Assembly (NCBI GenBank): GCA_003344405.1
Contig: NOWV01000208.1
Location: 62,001-126,000, forward strand
From: Trichoplax sp. H2
Lineage: Eukaryota
Reading direction: 5' to 3'
Length of the DNA stretch: 64,000 nucleotides
Positions 1 to 12,418 of this stretch are shown piece after piece; position 1 is the stretch's first letter; every line of letters starts with the position of its first letter. Position numbers and translations under genes: made by a program. The notes beneath the pieces were generated by a model. The model was given only the letters and a program-made list of their open reading frames with translations, ran no database searches and was not told where the DNA came from.

Positions 1-299
1 ACGAAAATTTATCTAATAAGGATAAAATCTAACGACATATTCCTAAATAGTTCCTGCGAAACTGTACGAAGAATTCGATAAAAAGATTAACTTTTTCAGT
101 AATGCTTATACTACTGATTATTGATACGTAGTTCCACAGGATTTGATATTAGAGTCGTTAGAGTATTCTTTTGAAAAAGAGAATCAATTTTTCTATATGG
201 AACCCTACAGACGTAAATAATTTTCAATCAATCTTAAAATTAACCATGATAGCGGAAGTAATTTCAAGCGCAGCGGGTATAATGTATTTCTATATTCAG

Positions 300-1328
300 T
301 TAATAAACTGGTACCATATGAATAGTAGACTGAACTCGATAGCGGCATTGCAATTTACAAGTTAAAGCTTGTCTTAATGTTGTATTCATACAAAAGTAAA
401 TAATTGGATTTGCTAAACAAGAAAAATATCCAACAATAAAACAAATTTGTATTATTTGAGCTTGAGTTTGAGATAGGCTGAGCATGTAGTTAAATGAACT
501 TTGACCAGAAAAAGCAAAGATAATATAAACGATTAATATAGGACAAGTTAATGACAAAAATATTATAGTCACGATAGACAGCGATTTAATGAGTTTAATA
601 TGATGCTTTCTAGTCAATTCAAAAGTCGATAAAGTCCTTCGACTGTCGATTCCTTTAGCTAGCACACTCATTATTTTAGCGTACTTAGTCATAACTATAA
701 TCGCCGGTATTATGCAGGCTACTATAAGAAGAAGGATAAAATAAGTTACGTTAAAAGTTCTTCTTCTGTTCATGATATCACACATTCGCGATGATGGATA
801 AATTGTCATCAAGACTGCAAATGGTATTGCTGCAATAGTACCAATCGACCAGATCAATCCAATAAGAATAGCTAATTTCCAGTAAGAATTAAAGAGAGTT
901 CTTCGACAACTTTTCGTAGTTAAAATAAAATTTCGATCAATACTGATGGCACTTAGGGTTAATGTCGATGCAATTACACTACATACGTTGGCAAAGCCGA
1001 CTAATTTGCAAGCTACAGATGCGGATAAGACTGAAAGAGTTTTGCTTGATAAGATGGCATTTAATGATGCTGCTGATAATCCAGAGACGAGAAATATACA
1101 ATCTGATATAGCCATATTAAAGACTAAATAAAATGTTGGTGTATGAAGTTTTTTCGTTTTTGTTATAGCCAAACAAATTAATCCGTTGGTAATAAGTCCG
1201 AACAAAGTCAACCCTGATAGAACTAACGCAGATAAAGATGAAGCTACAGGGCTGTTAGTTCTATTACCAAATGAGACCGAAAGATTTACGGATGTTTTTT
1301 CCAAATTTAAGATAGTGGATCTATTCAT
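300..1328 (-). CDS. Intronless rhodopsin-like (class A) 7TM GPCR, 342 aa
   Basis: Seven hydrophobic segments; N-terminal NxS/T sites; TM2 NMAISD; TM3 CK...SIDRN (DRY variant); TM4 W; ECL2 Cys; TM7 NPIIY. Confidence 0.93.
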   Translation of the reverse strand: MNRSTILNLEKTSVNLSVSFGNRTNSPVASSLSALVLSGLTLFGLITNGLICLAITKTKKLHTPTFYLVFNMAISDCIFLVSGLSAASLNAILSSKTLSVLSASVACKLVGFANVCSVIASTLTLSAISIDRNFILTTKSCRRTLFNSYWKLAILIGLIWSIGTIAAIPFAVLMTIYPSSRMCDIMNRRRTFNVTYFILLLIVACIIPAIIVMTKYAKIMSVLAKGIDSRRTLSTFELTRKHHIKLIKSLSIVTIIFLSLTCPILIVYIIFAFSGQSSFNYMLSLSQTQAQIIQICFIVGYFSCLANPIIYFCMNTTLRQALTCKLQCRYRVQSTIHMVPVY

Positions 1329-1508
1329 AATTCCTTTTACACCTATATACTTGAAGCATAAATGTGATACAACTATTTTACATCAGAGAAATTTATATCT
1401 GACATTTACCTATTGTTTATTAAATAAGGATTGCTATAGTATGGTAAGATAATAAGCTAAAATAGGAAAACGAAATAATTTTATGAAATAATAAATAAAT
1501 AACCAAAG

Positions 1509-2489
1509 TATTAACTCTATTGTACCGTACTTCCTATTGTACGTCAACCCATTTATCCTTATTATTTAGCGTTTTTCTATAGTGCATTTAGCCACTGTAT
1601 TTTAATTTTACGGTTAAATATTGTAATAAAATATTCTAACAGGTATAAAGCAAATTTTTCTGGTTATGAAATTACTACATGACNNNNNNNNNNNNNNNNN
1701 NNNTTTTTTTATTATAGGTATAGCAATATCCTATAATAATACTAGAACTGATAACAACATCAATGTTTTATTTTTTAACTGAATTATAAATATGAAATTA
1801 AATAATAATACTTTACATCCTTTGATGAATAAAACGTTCTACTTGCATCTCATTGCTAATTTCTTCTAGATTACAAGTAATTGCATTGATATTGAATGAA
1901 TTATTATAAGATACAGTAAACATTAACGGTGATAAAAATGTTAGTAGTTGTCACAACCCTCACTTGTGGCAAAGGAAAGTAAAGAACTCTAGTGTAGTTA
2001 CTTAAAACTTGGGCTATTTCTCCCAGTACTTTCAGTTTCTATGAGAGAAGTATTTGAGAACTCGATTTCTCGGCTGATCTCCACAGACAACTGACTAATT
2101 ATTACACTATTCTTCACGATATGAGTCTTGCCGTTTCTTGAGCAATTACTTTCTTTATTCTACAAGCACACGCGCTTAAATAGGTTTCTACAGTGAATTC
2201 CAATATTAACGAGTGAGAATTCATGCTTTACAAGTTACATTAATTAGTATAATACCATTACTAAATATACATGTCGATATTCTCAGACTTAGATAGCTAC
2301 AAGCTATCAGGTGTTATTAACTCTATTGTACCGTATTTCCTATTGTACATCAACCCATTTATCCTTATTATTTAGCGTTTTTCTATAGTGCATTTAGCCA
2401 CTGTATTTTAATTTTACGGTTAAATATTGTAATAAAATATTCTAACAGGTATAAAGCAAATTTTTCTGGTTATGAAATTACTACATGAC
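1509..2489. repeat. Near-identical 175-bp duplicate (1509-1683 and 2315-2489) across the N-gap at 1684-1703; likely unmerged haplotypes
   Basis: Both copies run TATTAACTCTATTGTACCGTA...ACTACATGAC with about 2 substitutions; their left flanks differ. Confidence 0.8.
1949..2314 (-). mobile_element. Truncated solo-LTR-like element (same family as 46083-46663)
   Basis: Starts TGTCACAACCCTCACTTGTGGCAAAGG and aligns by eye for >200 bp with TGTCACAAACCTCGCTTGTGGCAAAGG at 46083; the other terminus and TSD were not found. Confidence 0.7.
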
Positions 2490-3302
2490 CAATGAATTTT
2501 GATTGCAATATATTTTATGCTGCAAATTTGAAATGATACTTCATCATGATTTTTAAATCTGCTATCTATGCCAATTCTCAAATTTAGATAATCTTATGAG
2601 ATTGTAGTGATACATAAGTATTACAGATAACACCATTAATCTAAATAGCATTGGTTTGCTTCCTAATCATAATACCTATATCATCTTTAAGCTTATTAAA
2701 CTATTATTTAATTTATTAAATAAATAACAATATTCAGGCCTGGTGCAACTGATTGTAGTTTCTGTGAAATGAACGGGTTTTTATTCTTTAGTTTCGCATT
2801 TTATTAATATAAAATTCGAGTTGCTAAAATCAAGTAAAGCTCTAGTTTAAGATATAGCAAATGATTAGTTCTGCATTTAAAATCATTATTTATTATGGCT
2901 ATCGGAGAATCAATTTTTCTTGCCTTATAAGAAGCTTTAAAAGCGAGGAAGATGAGCCGGATAATGGGTTTAAATTTAGAGAAATCACTTCATTCGGTCC
3001 ATATAAACGCAATTCAATATGCTCTTATAAAAGTTTACTCAGTAGCTAAGAATATAATTAATATTTCACTTGAAAATAGAACTTTCATCTCGTTGTCAAC
3101 TGCAATCATTTATGAATACTTTGTTAAGCATAACCGGATATTCTACGTCATATAGTATCTTTCTTTCTGTTATTATTGCATTTTCAAAATAGATCGCTAT
3201 GGCAACCAGCTTTTAATCGCTTTTTTGGTTATGTTATTAACCGTTAATTTAACTCTAGAATGCTTATGAGCTAGAACGAGACAGAATACCGTAGTATCCA
3301 TA

Positions 3303-3663
3303 TGTAAAGTAATCAGTATTATAATTGTAGACTATTAGCCATGTTTAATATGACATACGGTAGCATCTTTTCTATATTTATTTTATGATATATTTAGCAG
3401 CCCATAACTATAGACTGTATGCATAGACACTATGCTAGAGTACAAATGACAATATATAGCATGATCTTGCTACTAATAAGGTTAGAGGTAGAAATAGAAT
3501 TGCTGGATATGTATAAAATATGGTAGAATGCTGCTCCGCTGATTGTAGCTGCGAAGGCCACAGAGAGTATAAAAGGTGGAGACATTAGATTATTAGATTG
3601 TTCTTTCTATAAGTCTTTCAGAAGTTGTATTCGGCTAGAGTAGAGCTGTATTAGATCTAATAA
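3303..3663 (+). mobile_element. Solo-LTR family A copy, internally deleted and 3'-truncated
   Basis: Starts TGTAAAGTAA; shares GCTGATTGTAGCTGCGAAGGC and GTATAAAA with the copies at 8824 and 48349. Confidence 0.75.
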
Positions 3664-3774
3664 GTAGTCTTGATTAGTAAAAGATGCTGCTATTGTTACC
3701 TTATAGTGAGGCTGTAAGCACTTATTTCCTGTAGAATGAGTGATCTTCAGGAAGTTATATTTTAAATTAATAAA

Positions 3775-4332
3775 GATCTTCTCAAATTTTATTTTCTACC
3801 GTAATTATAAGATATAATAAATTCGCTGAAATAAATGTGACGATACCTTTCTGGTATCCGATAGCTAATTTGCAAACTAAATGAGAGAAACCTGTTCTAT
3901 TCATACGAATATTATTTATCAGGGGTAGTATTTCAATTTTTATAAAGGCTAATGCAACATTAATAATATTTACCTAGTCGTCACTTAGATTGACACACTC
4001 TCATCTATTTCCTATTACGCCCGACACTATTCAACAAGCAGTATTGTAAATTAATAATGATCTTCTCAATTACTGTTTTGTACGGTAATTGTAGGATACA
4101 AATTCGCTGAAGTTTGTGTGATGACAGCTTTTCAGAGTCCGATAACTAGTTCCGTTAACAAAGCAAATGAGAGAAACCTGTTCTATCCATACGTATATTG
4201 TTGATTAGGGGTAGTATTTTAACTTTTGTAAAGGTTGATACAACATTAATAATATTTACCTAGTCGTCATCAAGATAAACGCGCTTTCATATACAGTATA
4301 TTCCACCACACCTGACTCTGTTTAAGAGCAGT
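3775..4332. repeat. Diverged tandem duplication, unit about 285 bp, two copies
   Basis: AAATGAGAGAAACCTGTTCTAT and CAACATTAATAATATTTACCTAGTCGTCA each occur twice, about 287 bp apart. Confidence 0.85.
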
Positions 4333-4349
4333 GTGTACGTTTGAGATTT

Positions 4350-5205
4350 TACATAGCAGAAACTGTGCTTAAAACTAACCCAAAACGTGCAATAAATTGC
4401 GAAATAAAATCAACCGAATTAATTAATGTATCCTATCGGCGATGATCCTCTAAAAGATGATGCTATAAAGACTTTGATGTTTGGCAAAGAAGATGACATA
4501 TACATTACAGTTACCGCAAACATCGTTTTAATTATGTTACTCGTATAAATGCGATTAATCTGAGTTTGCCTTGTTCCAATCACGTTGGCTGTTTTGCTTG
4601 TAAATATATCTTACTATTTTTATATTCGTAATGGCCATATTAATTAAAGGCATATGATATTTTAATATATAATATACCATCATAAATGGAACGTTATAAT
4701 TTGGATCGAAATTGCGAATATCACATTAAATGAACCGTCTTGAGGTACGAAGAGAAAAGGAATGATACGTATACCAATGCCTAATGGGTATATCCAACAT
4801 GTTTATATAATTAATCTTCATTTTTACCGTTGATAAAGATCTTGTAAAGTCCTTCGATCGGTTATAATAATATAACGATCTATACTGATATTAGATAATG
4901 AAATAGCAGAAATAGAGAAACTTACATTAAGTAAGTAAATTGAACCTTTGCAGAAAATTTCAAGAAGCAATGAACAATCGGAATTACCGACAGTTATAGC
5001 GGTCAAAAATAAATAAATAATCATTCCTACTAACGCAAGCATATCGGATTTTGCCATATTACATATGAACATATATATATATGAACTATACATACAGAAA
5101 CATGAAGACTAGAACCACGAATAATCGTATAGCGAATGATGCTGTTAAGTATGACGCCATCAAAGCAGAAAAAAATGTGTAAAAGGTAAAGCAGCTATTA
5201 TGATT
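4350..5205 (-). pseudogene. GPCR pseudogene, paralog of the 16059-17035 gene
   Basis: ORF fragment with CNMAKSD...CK...SIDRY; nucleotide homology to 16200-17040; several frameshifts; the NPxxY region and C-terminus are missing. Confidence 0.85.
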
Positions 5206-6797
5206 GCATTTCGGATATTTCGGGATTTATCTCTTGTAAAAAATTTCAATACTTGTAAACTTTGCATATCTTAGATAGCTAAATTAGAAAGAACCAATTT
5301 TCATAGATATACTGCATGGCTCTTAGTTATACGTTTTACCCATGTTACAACCAAATAAATAGATGATCTAACTATTCATTTAGTAATAATCTAATCATAA
5401 TTTGCTAATTACGCATAGAAGATTATTTAACGTTAAAGAATGCTACAGAATTGTTACAGTAATTTTAGCGAATAAAACGCTCCTCTCAGATGATAATACG
5501 CTAGAGATTATTAAGGAAATTAATTTTTCGAGATTCACTGAACTGGATAATTATTTGTCGGTATAGTTTCAAAATGCTATAGTAACAAATGTATAACAGC
5601 CATTGTTAGTGACGAAAGGGTATGCTAATAATGAATAGGGACATTATTGAACCATGAAGACGGACTCTATCTTATCAATAGAATCGGCAGCCGTACTCGC
5701 GTAGTCTTTGATTATATAGATAATGTTGTCTATGAGTTTCGAAAAAGGAACAATTTAGTTATTAATTAAGATAATAGTCATAATAGCGCTTAAAAGAATT
5801 CAATAAAGAAGATCTAATATTGGAATAAGGTAATGTACAATAAAAAAATTGAAATTCTTCTTAATAATAGGTCCCATCGTTCAATATCTTTGCTTTTCCA
5901 TACATAAAGCTATCATTTTAACTAACTCTATAAACTTGCTTTACTTCGAAGGCAATTTAACAGTATGTAGTCTTTTCGTTGATTGAGATGCAATTCTTTC
6001 GTAGCTTGATATTTTATTTGAGTATGTAGCACAATTGCGACTTTGGCAATGACCGAGACAGTATTCCAAGTTGCAAAGTATCAATTAGGAGGTCGATCCG
6101 TTGTAGCCTCTGACTTTAGATTCTTTGCAGTAAAAGCATTTGATGTACCAATGATAGCTACGCATCTCTCGCGCAGCACTTAGAACCCACAGGCTATAGA
6201 GCTAGGATGTATAAGCAACATAACAGTTTATGATATTCTAAGCTTTGGAGATTTAAAATGCAGTAATACCTTATCTCAATCTCATGATTTATAGCTTATT
6301 GAAATTTTGCCTTAAGAATGTAGAAATTATTTCTCTATTAGAATCTGCCAGAAAGCCATTTATAGGAAATGATCTTTAGTGAAGATTTCCTCAGCCGATT
6401 GATTTGAGTGACTAAACGCGTTGATATACATGTAAATAATTAATAATCAATAATCAGAATGGGGTAATGGACGTCAGTCATAGTTGGTAGATAAGTTGGT
6501 AAATGTGTAGTACATTAAATATCAGGTACGAACGGCTTGAATTCTATCAATTAAAACTAGGAAATTAATTCATATTATGCAGGTGCAAATCAGTTTATTA
6601 TAACACTTAGGATAAAAGAGCAATGGATGACAAGTGAAAGTATCTCTTATTCCAGTAAAAGTTAAGTTCAAATAAAGTTGATTCACGCCGGTACTTTTGC
6701 TTACATAATGATGCTGTGCCGAAATATATTCATTGGATCAAATTAATGACTGTCTTTAACTCTTCGATTAATAAGCTTTAATTATATAGCTTGTAGA

Positions 6798-7132
6798 TGT
6801 CACGGTGCTAACTCACCGTACCAAAATAGTACATGCTTTGCGGCTACAGTGATATTGTAAGCCGAGGAGTACGTAACCAGATATAGATTGTAGACGGTAC
6901 GACTTAAATTATGATATGCTAAAGGTCATTTTTATCTATAGTTGGATTAGTAGTATTCTAAGAGATGTGTAAAAGCTTGTAGATAAAATCTATTTAAACG
7001 ATTAGACAAATTAATAAAAGTTAGTTCTCAGTTTCTAAGGTTAAAAGTATAACGGAAATCGAAGGCGTACGAACTATTGCGAGATCGTAGATTCGATCTC
7101 AACGTTATCTTGTCACACGGGAGTTTGTGACA
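6798..7132 (+). mobile_element. Solo LTR, 335 bp, perfect 5-bp TSD GTAGA
   Basis: GTAGA|TGTCACGG...TTTGTGACA|GTAGA; internal AATAAA near 7013. Confidence 0.85.
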
Positions 7133-8675
7133 GTAGAATGCTTCAATTCAGTTATCGCTTCATTTTATGTCAGATAAGAGTTTGAGCAGTAATACTTGGT
7201 TGTACGTAAGAATGATAAAATATTACAGCCAGGGCGATTAAGTTATGATAAACGTTCTCTAACATACAAGTATTTTAGAATAGATCCTGAGATAAATCAT
7301 TAAGTCAGCGATGTCAGCAGTCAATGCAAAAATATACCTATTAATCAGGTAAAAGATAAAGTGATTAAATAAGATTAGGATCAGATTTATGATCGCATAG
7401 AAAGAAGAAAAATAATTTGATGATCAACATGCGGATATTTTAACGAAAGTAAATGCGCAATATAACATTTTCAACGATGATTTGATATCCAGAATTTTTA
7501 ATTTTCACACATACTTGTACATTCAATCGAATTTACTTTCACGCAGATGAGCTAGTATCTCATTTAGCAATTAATAATATCCATTCGATGAAGGGCACAA
7601 TAGCAGAGTTTTTCGTATAGCTGTTTTGTGACACCATATTAAAGGCTACGTGAAATGCTGGTGTGATAATTTTTCGTCTTGATAATCGCTTTGCAAATTA
7701 AGCCTTTGGCAGAAGAACTAAGTAATTAATCATGAGCATAAAAGCGTACTAAATTAAGGATTAATATATTTAATATTAACATTTCTAGACGATATGCAAG
7801 GTCTCATGGTTATATTTCTCCGTATATATTTCAAGAAATAAATGTACCGGTGAGCTGCTACTTACAATTATTAGTAGTTCTCGTCAAATTAGTAATAGTA
7901 GATACCGAAATGACTTTATTGCGGTAGTTTTATGGAATATACAATCCGAAAAATAAGTAAATGGATTAATCTATGGAATTTGGAGGGTATTTATACATTC
8001 TGTGTATCGGTCCTATTTATGGTAGCATATGGGATATTGTCTCATTGGTTATAAATGTACAGTTTATGCAGAAGATGAAATCTTGGACAACCAACAGTAT
8101 AATATAATAAAGTTGTAGGTTATCAGGCCAGTATAGCTGGAAAATAGAGTAAGGATAAATGGTCTATAAGTTTATGCAATATCAGAGCCATTTGACTTTT
8201 CATGAGCAGGCTGCTTTTTATAACTTCATTATTAAACTTGAGATATACTAGTATTAAAGTTAAATTATATGCCTTTATCATGCATGCGTCTCAAGATTAA
8301 CAAATTAAAATTGATTAAATAAATGAGTATTTAACTAAAAATTCTTATATAGTCTGATTAATCATAATCAATTTGAAGGACATAATTAGAAGCAGTATGC
8401 GTATGGTAAGTGCTTATGAAATTTGACTAATTTGCAAGGAATGGTTTCAATATAATATTGAAACAACTTATCTGAATAGCATATTCTTTAACGTTTTCCA
8501 CGTTAGTCTTAAGACAAAATCTGTATAATATGATATAGTTACATTAAAACATAAAATGTTGTTGTATGAATGCTTCTCATTTTACTATAGTCAATAAATT
8601 AATCTATAGGTTGTTGAAAGGTAAACGAAACTGTCCTTAGTTTCGTCCTTATCTCAGAAGGGTAAATTATAAGAA

Positions 8676-8724
8676 ATGCACGATGGAAGGGGACATTTAA
8701 TAAATGTCCCCTTCCATCGTGCAT
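8676..8724. repeat. Perfect inverted repeat, 24-bp arms with a 1-nt spacer
   Basis: ATGCACGATGGAAGGGGACATTTA-A-TAAATGTCCCCTTCCATCGTGCAT. Confidence 0.95.
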
Positions 8725-8823
8725 AACATTAAAATGAAGTAGGGTATTTTCAAATATAATATGCTTGTAATGTAAGGAATGCATAATGAAATCTAACTAG
8801 TTTAATTTCTTATATGGTGGTAA

Positions 8824-9385
8824 TGTAAAGTAACTTAGTATTGTGAGTATAGATTATTAGCCATGTCTAGTATGATTTACGGTAGTGCCGTTTCTATATT
8901 TATCTTATGATGTATTTAGTAACCTATACTTACAGACTGTAATGGTAGACTCTATGCTACTGTAGAGTGCAGATGACTAGATACAATAAAATGTTGAGTC
9001 ACTAATAAGGTTAGAGGTAAAAATGGAACTGTAAATCACATCTTAGGATACGATTAGATCATTCTACTTTGAGTAATAGAAATAATGTCTTCGCAAATAT
9101 TGTAATCATTTGCATATTACACCAATGATGGCTTCTGTAAATAGAGTTACTAATAATAATTTAATTATGTGTAACATTAGGTAAAACGTTGCTATGCTGA
9201 TTGTAGCTGCGAAGGCTACGAAGAGTATAAAAGCAAGCGGCATTATACATCTGATTTTTATTTCTAGAGGTCTTCAATAGTTGTATTCGGCTACAGTAGA
9301 GCTGTGTGTAGCTAATCTTTGTATTAGATATAATAAAGCTCTAATTTCCTACCAATTTGAATTTTCATGATCGGATTTTATCACA
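8824..9385 (+). mobile_element. Solo-LTR family A, 562 bp, TSD GGTAA/GGTGA
   Basis: TGTAAAG...TTATCACA; TATA-like GTATAAAA near 9224 and AATAAA near 9332; homologous to 14827, 30653, 36823 and 48349. Confidence 0.85.
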
Positions 9386-10216
9386 GGTGATAAAGACTAA
9401 AAGCTTACAGAAGCAATATAACGATAAAAATCTAGCATTATAATTTCTTAATCAATTAATTGATTAAGTTATTTGTCACAGATTGGCATTGTAAAAATTG
9501 GAAGTTTTACTTTAAAATTGTAATTCAATCATTGTGCATGTTTGCAAGATTATAACAAATGCTATTGCACTGTTGTTATTGCTGTTGAAAATGAAAATTT
9601 GACGCAAACATCACATTAAGAAATCATTTATGAAGTAAAAGTGATTGAATAATTTATAGATTTATGGAAAAAATCTTAAAGACTTAGCATTCGAATCCAA
9701 ATCACGTGTTATAGTTCTCAACTCTATACTTGACGGTGTCGCATTATAATGGCACTGCAAATAAGGACAACATGATTTTAATTAAGTCAATGTGTAAAGT
9801 GAAGATGTATAACTTAAACATTATTTTACGCAAGGCCAACTTAAAGATTAAAAAAGCATTTGCGATGAGATGTGACTTTCCGATGGATAATTAGCTAAAC
9901 TAATTCAATTAACTGACTTATCATGTCTTATTGCATTGTAGCTATTTGTCCAGACAAATTTTCGTGTTATTATCCATTTTAGCGAAGTAACTATTGCTTT
10001 ATCTATACTGTACTGCCGTAATCTTTATCATTCAAACATTTACGAATTTGCTTTCACACTAGACCTGCCAAATATCGCGAACTTTGATATGAAAGACTTA
10101 AATCTAGAAGTGATACCAAATTTACGTTTTGATATATACCTGAAAAAGGTAGGAAACTCTTGAAATATCTTTGATCACCTTTACATATCCAGCTAACTAT
10201 GCGGCAGCCTCACAAA

Positions 10217-12030
10217 TTTTGGGAGATCGAAGTACTGAGGTATATATTATGTGAGATCCATTAGTTTACCTTAATGAACTGAAATAGGCCTTTTAATTCA
10301 ATAAGAATCGCAATTGCTATAGTTACTGCCTAATAAGTCTATATTGATCCATTTAATTAGTTTATAATTGTTTTACGAAAGATTTAATGCCCTTTCAAAG
10401 TCGACACTAGGCAAAGAATACGTAGCTAGCTGGACAACATTTAAAAATTATTTTACTCATTAAAAGCCTTTTATTTGTTAATCACTGACGGATTTCAATC
10501 TGTTACTATGACAGTTTATAATACTAAGATAACGTGAAGTATAAAGAATATTCGTGCAATTAGTATTCTAGAGAATTTTCCGTATTGTAAGGTCTCACTG
10601 TAATATTTTATGTAATTAACTAATGAAGAAAAACATAGGGTAAATTGCTGTTGCGATGCTCTCGTTATATTTTGTAGGTTAGCTTGTAATCCTCCTAAAA
10701 TTGTTTATTGCATATTTACATTAAATATTAATGGAAATCGGAATTAATTGTAATACGATGGCGATGTTAACTGCTAGTCTTAACTTAGCACCAATCTTGT
10801 TTATTTAATCCAGCTTNNNNNNNNNNNNNNNNNNNNTTTTGGGAGATCGAAGTACTGAGGTATATATTATTTGAGATCCATTGGTTTACCTTAATGAACT
10901 GAAATAGGCCTTTTAATTCAATAAGAGTCGCAATTGCTATAGTTACTGCCTAATAAGTCTATATTGATCCATTTAATTACCTTATAATTGTTTTACGAAA
11001 GATTTAATGCCCTTTCAAAGTCGACACTAGGCAAAGAATACGTAGCAAGCTGGACAACATTTCAAAATTATTTTACTCATGTCACAAAACAACTTTCGTG
11101 AACGTACCTAAACTAGTCTATCTACTCTTAAGGTTCCCCGACTAACTCCGGAGATCCTCAGTAAAGGAAAACTAACTTATTCCTATACCATAGACAACGA
11201 GTCCAACGATAGGTTTAGGTTATTAAATATTTTATTACCAGCTATTGCAACTTAGTACCAGTGTACTCTAGCGTAGCCTTCGTGAAACTCAGATTAAAAA
11301 GTAATGATCAAGCTTATATACAGTTTCATATATCACACAAATAAGATCGGTACTAATCTTTCACATTAAATTATAGAATGTGCAATACAGATCCATACAG
11401 GCTTACTATAGATTCGACTAGTTCGAGTGTTACTTATCACTTGTCACAAATTAATATTATTAATTAGCACCTTATTAACTAACATAATAATCTTTACAGC
11501 TTGACATCTTAATTGCTAACACCATATCCACGCTGTATATTACTAGGATAATTAATAACAAAACTCAATTAACAACTAGATTGTTGCCGAGATCGGCAAC
11601 CTCCATAATAATATTGTTACACATTTTAGATCAAAATATTATTCATTTCGGAGCGAGCTCCGTCACAACTCATTAAAAGCCTTTTATTTGTTAATCACTG
11701 ACGGATTTCAATTTGTTACTATGACAGTTTATAATACTAAGATAACGTGAAGTATAAAGAATATTCATGCAATTAGTATTCTAGAGAATTTTCCGTATTG
11801 TAAGGTCTTACTGTAATATTTTATGTAATTAACTAATGAAGGAAAACATAGGGTAAATTGCTGTTGCGATGCTCTCGTTATATTTTGTAGGTTAGCTTGT
11901 AATCCTCCTAAAATTGTTTATTGTATATTTACATTAAATGTTAATGGAAATCTGAATTAATTGTGAATACGATGACGATGTTAACTGCTAGTCTTAACTT
12001 AGCACCAATCTTGTTTATTTAATCCAGCTT
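10217..12030. repeat. Gap-flanking duplicate (10217-10816 vs 10837-12030); the second copy carries a 588-bp insertion
   Basis: Colinear near-identical copies either side of the N-gap at 10817-10836, differing by scattered SNPs and the 11080-11667 insertion. Confidence 0.9.
11080..11667 (-). mobile_element. Solo LTR, 588 bp, perfect TSD ACTCA, with the empty site visible
   Basis: ACTCA|TGTCACAAAAC...CCGTCACA|ACTCA; the empty allele TTTTACTCATTAAAAGCC lies at about 10451-10468. Confidence 0.92.
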
Positions 12031-12034
12031 AAGG

Positions 12035-12418
12035 TGTTATGAATAATATAATTAATGTTGTTTACAACTGGACTCTATGCTGAGTCATTTTGCGATTCAT
12101 GTCTTTGTTTCTCATACTAATGTAAGTAAATGATATAAGCCATGTTTCTCTGTACTGCAGCACCAACGTGTGGCGATCGTGTATAAGGCCGAACAGATGG
12201 CGCATCGCGGCGTAGTTGTTATTTCTTTTTTGTACGATAAGGTCTATACTTTTCGGGTACTCTTAGAATAAAACTGATAAAGCTAAACAACCTTCTAGCC
12301 ACTCATAGTACTTGTGAGTGTGTAGTTAGTCAAACTCACGGTATTTCTCCTCAATTAGTAGGAGTCCTAACGTAGCTAGTAGTGAAGTTTAGACGATCAC
12401 AAAGCTGAGTTTGTGATA
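12035..12418 (+). mobile_element. Possible older solo LTR (5' boundary uncertain)
   Basis: GTATAAGG near 12181, AATAAA near 12267, and a 3' end ATCACAAAGCTGAGTTTGTGATA resembling the other LTR ends; no TSD found. Confidence 0.4.

Noticed and set aside
171..1452. Plus-strand ORFs 171-365, 946-1131 and 1186-1452 (likewise 16180-16392 and 54544-54729)
   Set aside because: Short antisense shadows of GPCR coding sequence with no recognisable motifs.
6798..7132. Helitron interpretation of elements with 3' hairpins
   Set aside because: 5-bp TSDs and TG...CA ends do not fit Helitrons, which have TC...CTRR ends and no TSD.
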